Shown one piece after another: positions 61,625 to 64,000 of a DNA stretch of 64,000 nt. The DNA is from Anolis carolinensis (Eukaryota). The DNA lies in the NCBI RefSeq assembly GCF_035594765.1, contig NC_085842.1, positions 41,640,782 to 41,704,781 of the forward strand. The letters run 5' to 3'. A program made the position numbers and the translations under genes. Positions within the stretch are counted from its first letter, which is position 1. Each line of letters starts with the position of its first letter. The notes under the pieces are model-generated. The model made no database searches. It was given only the letters and a program-made list of their open reading frames with translations, and was not told the origin of the DNA.

Positions 61625-62359
61625 TTTAGTTAAAAAAACAAAAACAAATGTGTATATCTTTGCAAGAGAACAATGGATTGGATTGACTGGATTTGTTTTC
61701 TGCCTTTCTCCCAATATAGATTCTAAATTGGCTTACAATACAAGTTACATTAGAATTGCTAAAATACTATCTGGTACAAAATTATTAAAAAGCATTAAAC
61801 TATCAATCCAGTTAAAACATTGGCTTGCATCCTGCTGCAAATTTGCAACATCATAGGACAATCTATGATTGTGCAGTTTAGAGCTGCAAAGTTGGACAAC
61901 GGTCGTATTTCCAGGAGGGGAGTATTATCATAGCTGTGCCATTGGAAGCACGGCATAAAGGAAGTAAGTGACACAGCAGTTGCACAGTGGTCAAAACGCA
62001 CAATTGTACAGCACTTTGGGAAACAGTTGCCCATGTGTAAAGACAGCACAAAGAGGAGAAAAAACAGCTTCCAACAGAACCTTATTTGACTAGTAATCCA
62101 AAATAGAGAGAAGTAGAAAGTTAGGGGTATGCTGTTCTGGCTGGAAAAAAATGTTCCTAACTTTTGTAGAATCCTTTTCTGTGGTGAGAGTTCCCCCTTG
62201 TGCCTTTGTGCAGTGTCCCATTTAAGCAGTGCATGACAGTGTCCTGTTGTACTTTCTCTAACATGGTTGAATATCATGTAAATGATGTAGCTCCAACACT
62301 GCAAAATTACACATCACAGGATATGATGTAGGATTTTGGCCATTATATATATATATATA

Positions 62360-62952
62360 CTAGCTGTGCCCGGCCACGCGTTGCTGTGGCGTATGGGAAT
62401 TCTTTGTTAGGTAGGTGGAATAACAGTGAATAGCTTTGTAGCCTGAAAGCCTGGCCATTTTCTTATGGGAATCCTTGTTTGGTGAGGTGGAATAGAAAGG
62501 AATAGGCTTGCTGCTTGGAAGGTTAGGTAGTTGCCTTTTAGGGGGGTAGAATTGTAATGAATAGCCTCGGTGGTTCAAAGCCTGGGTGCTTGCTATCTAG
62601 GGGAAATCTTTGGTTGGTCAGCTTCAGAGTAGTATCACTGTTTCAAAGCCTGGTCGCCTTTTATGAAGGTTAATCTTTTATTGGTGTGGTTGAATTGCAC
62701 TGAATATCCTTGCAGCTCCAATGTCTGGCTGTATTTATTATTTTGTATTATATATATATATTACAAAATATAGAAAGCATGGCACATTGCCTGTTGTGGG
62801 TTTTGGCCTTTTTTTGGTGTTGTGGTTGTGTTTTTTGTGTGATTGTGTTGTAACTTACTGGAGGCAGGGATGATGGATTGTGTTGCCAATTTTAGAGTTT
62901 GGGGGGTGTTGGGTTTTGTTGTTTTGTGAGTCGCCGTGATGCCAAAAGCCTT

Positions 62953-63000
<48 letters not shown>
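62360..63000 (-). mobile_element. Non-autonomous Helitron in a (TA)n tract
   Basis: Minus-strand 3' end GCCACAGCAACGCGTGGCCGGGCACAG-CTAG|T; the 5' end merges with (TA)n at 62957-63000. Confidence 0.78.
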
Positions 63001-63006
<6 letters not shown>

Positions 63007-63147
63007 AAATTAGATAATATCTAAAACACATATTATATATTTTAGAAAGCATGCTCATCTTGTACTGAAAGCCAAACAAACTGTTAATTATTGGTGTTCA
63101 TTACAGAAAATATATTTATTTAGGAAAAGCAGTAAATCCTAAGTCAA

Positions 63148-63292
63148 GTATGATGGAGGCTCCTTCTTTGGAGGCTTTTAAACAGAGGCTGGATGGCCAT
63201 CTGTCACGGATGCTTTGAATGCGATTTTCCTGCTTCTTGGAAGAGGGTTGGACTAGATGGTCCACAAGATCTCTTCCAGCTCTATGATTCTG
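63148..63292 (+). mobile_element. CR1 3' end fragment
   Basis: GGAGGCTCCTTCTTTGGAGGCTTTTAAACAGAGGCTGGATGGCC...CTATGATTCT. Confidence 0.88.
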
Positions 63293-63525
63293 TGGACTAG
63301 CTTTATTCGATTAAGTTGAAAATACTAAGAATTTTGGGTATTGTTGGCTTTGGGATTACCATCACATTCTGTCCTTCAAGATAAGGAAACAATGGGAACA
63401 TTTTTTTATACCAATGCCTTCTAGGATGTTGCCTGATATTCACTGATTCAATAGGATTAACTTATGTGTTGATTCCCTAATTAACAGTTCATTCAATGGG
63501 TCTAATTAAACTAATTTGAACTAAC

Positions 63526-63702
63526 TACAATCAGTCCCCAAGTTACAGACATCTTACTTACTGATGACTCATAGTTAAAAACAAGGTTGAGACAACAGGA
63601 AGTGAAAGAAATCTAGTCCACAGAAGGGAAATTCACTCTGTAAAGAGGTGTGTGTGTGTGTGGCTGGAGTTACACTTATTTGTAACTTGTGGACTGCCTG
63701 TA
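63526..63702. mobile_element. Tc1/mariner (Tigger-like) MITE
   Basis: CAGTCCCCAAGTTACA / TGTAACTTGTGGACTGCCTG-TA inverted ends. Confidence 0.7.
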
Positions 63703-64000
63703 ATGTGATTCAGGCAATGACATGTTTGCCCAAGGAATTTTAAATGGCAATGAGTAACTAGAGACCTTACATAAACAGTGCCAGGGATGTAATAATTAGC
63801 AATAAGTAAAACTCTTCTAGAATGTACAAGCACTCTGGTGAATGGTGCTTTCCGCTCTAATCAATACTAGCAAGCACTTTTCATCCTTCATCTTTACATT
63901 TCCATGCACTGTATTGATTCCTTGAGGGCAAAGGAGAGTTACCCAATGCTTATAATCAGTGCCAATGGGTGCAGTTTGAATTTATTATTTGCATTACAAA

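Noticed and set aside
61795-62304. 169-aa minus-strand ORF
   Set aside because: Non-ATG start, composition typical of non-coding AT-rich DNA, no motif recognised

Overview
Repeat-rich, apparently gene-free (intergenic or deep-intronic) vertebrate DNA. The repeat set (Sauria SINE, Anolis SINE2/L2 tails, 5S-derived SINE, young CR1, RTE/BovB, Penelope, OC1-like hAT, Helitron) points to a squamate reptile, most likely Anolis. No host protein-coding gene is recognisable; every ORF with recognisable homology is transposon-derived. There is a 156-N assembly gap at 30438-30593. Highlights: (1) two diverged solo LTRs (12760-13621 and 53601-54495) keep an 84-90 aa ORF starting at LTR base 5, conserved at protein level and ending in an HMGN-like RRSxRLAAK motif. 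(2) Penelope insertions carry intact minimal hammerhead ribozymes in inverted pseudo-LTRs; in one copy the inversion junction falls at the predicted cleavage site. (3) Two unusually long (2.1-2.3 kb) solo LTRs share a CCAAT/E2F/CHR/TATA promoter and a dense ATGAA motif array. (4) A bounded non-autonomous Helitron carries ~140-bp internal repeats and a helicase remnant. Family names come from recognition by eye, not from a database search.
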